64,000 nt of DNA from Hamiltosporidium tvaerminnensis FI-OER-3-3. Its lineage: Eukaryota; Fungi; Microsporidia. Location of the stretch: NCBI GenBank assembly GCA_022605425.2, contig CM061249.1:248001-312000 (forward strand), read 5' to 3'. Under the pieces are notes generated by a model, which saw only the letters and a list, made by a program, of their open reading frames with translations, did no database searches and was not told the origin of the DNA. How positions within the stretch are numbered: position 1 is the stretch's first letter; each line of letters starts with the position of its first letter. The position numbers and the translations under genes are program-made. Positions 62,301 through 64,000 of this stretch are shown piece by piece.

Positions 62301-64000
62301 CCTTGTGTTTGTTTTAGAAATTTCATAAATTTTTGTTCACATAACTAATTTTATTATTTCAGAATGTTCTACCGAGTGTTTTGTTTAATTATACCTTAGA
62401 TCTAAACCTTTTCTAATTGGAAACCTACCTTAGCATTCGTTCGTGCCCTTTGAAGCAAATATCATCTCGAAATATTATAAATTCATTTGACTTTCTTGTC
62501 CGAGGTCTTTTATCTTGTTTGCTTTAGTTAAGTGGATACTACCCGATCTTTAAAAAAGTCAACTGAATATCTTTTTTTTGCTTGTTTTGGCAAATTACAA
62601 TCTTTGTCATCTGGCCTACAATATTTTTTTTGCTATTAGTAAAATAAAAATTAAAAAAACAAGAAATATAGAGTTATATTATTTTAAGCATTTATCACTA
62701 TTTATAAAATCATTTGTTCAGAAAATAGTTACTTGATAAAGATTATTCCACTTTAAAGTAATTGTTCAAACTATAATTCAAAACAATAGCAAGTCCTAAA
62801 AGTTTGCTAAGCATTGTTTGTATATATAATAAATGTTAATCCTTTAGATTCGAATAATATAGTCCAGCTGTATAAATATAGGAAATAACATTGAGCAATA
62901 GATGGTGGGATAAATACGAAATAACTCGGTAAAACATAGGATAGGGAATTTAATCAAAAAACATATTTTTTTTATTCGATAAGGGGTATTTTTTATCTAT
63001 CAAAATGTATTAGGAATAACGGGTACATTATGGCCATGAGTGTGCACTTTGGCCTGTAACATTTAATATTAATACTTTCATAAGATATTTGTTATTGAGT
63101 ATATGACAGTGATGGCATATTTTGTCGTTTGAAACATCATTTTAAATAAATGTTTTATCGATATATTTTTAACCTTTTCATTTATTGCACCTAGGCTTTA
63201 CATTGTATATTCTCACATTTCAATAACTGTTTTTTTTAGTTTTTATATAAATTTATTTGTAATAAAGTACACAAGCAAAAAGAAATAACTGTCAGTTTAT
63301 GAAATATCATTCTGATTCTAAAAATAATTAAATTTAGTATTTTTTATTGAGAGAAATTCTTCAAAAAATAAAAGAACTTAATTTTTGTTTAATTAGTAAT
63401 ATAAAACTTAGCTGAAATCTAAGTAACAGTCAATTATTGATTCTTAAAACTACAAATAACAATCGAAAATCAAAAGAAATATTCGTTCATTTAAATTCTA
63501 AAAATAGTATTTTTTTTCAATAAAATTTGACGTTTAGAAATACCAACAATTGTTCATACTTACTCCTTTTAATTTACAAACTTCTAAAACATTTTATAAA
63601 ATTTTAATTAATTGAGATTGGTAGGACACATCATTTTTGACGTTTTATGAAACAAATCAAAATTTTTTTAACTAAAAACTAAAATAGTAAATTGATTTTA
63701 AAACTATAAATACGTATTTTTTTCTAAAATTTATGAAATTTAATCTCTGCTTCAATCTCATAACGTTATTATACAAACCACTTATTTTTGTGTTTATCTA
63801 TTATTCGATTGAAAGAGATATTATATTTAATGTTGTAAATGAAAATGAAGAGTCGTACATAGCTTCAATTTATAATGAACACAAACCCGAATGTCTATGT
63901 CAAATTAAAAGAGATGAGACTAATGAAAATGACGAAAAAAACTGTTTAGAAAGAATGCTTGTCAGAGATTCAAATAGGCAATATGAACAGTATTGTATAA

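Overview
Very AT-rich, gene-sparse eukaryotic DNA. About 12 apparently intronless genes, most with a CCC motif just before the ATG, point to a microsporidian with a large, repeat-rich genome; the KGVN-repeat insert in STT3 recalls Hamiltosporidium (inference). Host genes: YOP1/REEP-like, Sec3-like, NOG1, ferritin, CBF5, PCNA, BUD20, a USP with an N-terminal hydrophobic segment, an ABHD13-like hydrolase, STT3, two unknown genes and tRNA-Gly(GCC). The most notable content is mobile DNA. (1) A 5.4-kb unit (28140-33524) is bounded by identical 143-bp TIRs and holds both a DD34E transposase and an intact RT-REL non-LTR retrotransposon that has essentially no 5' UTR and is inserted into the inner part of one TIR. 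(2) A ~735-bp non-coding retroposed element (6 copies plus one relic) has 15-16-bp TSDs, no tRNA head, no tail homology to the LINE, and predicted crossing long-range helices. It appears to be mobilised by the RT-REL element, and one LINE/element chimera is present. (3) There is an RTE relic with a decayed twister ribozyme, three RTE-derived bipartite SINEs, and hAT, Tigger and integrase fossils. All calls come from reading the sequence by eye; no searches or folding programs were run.
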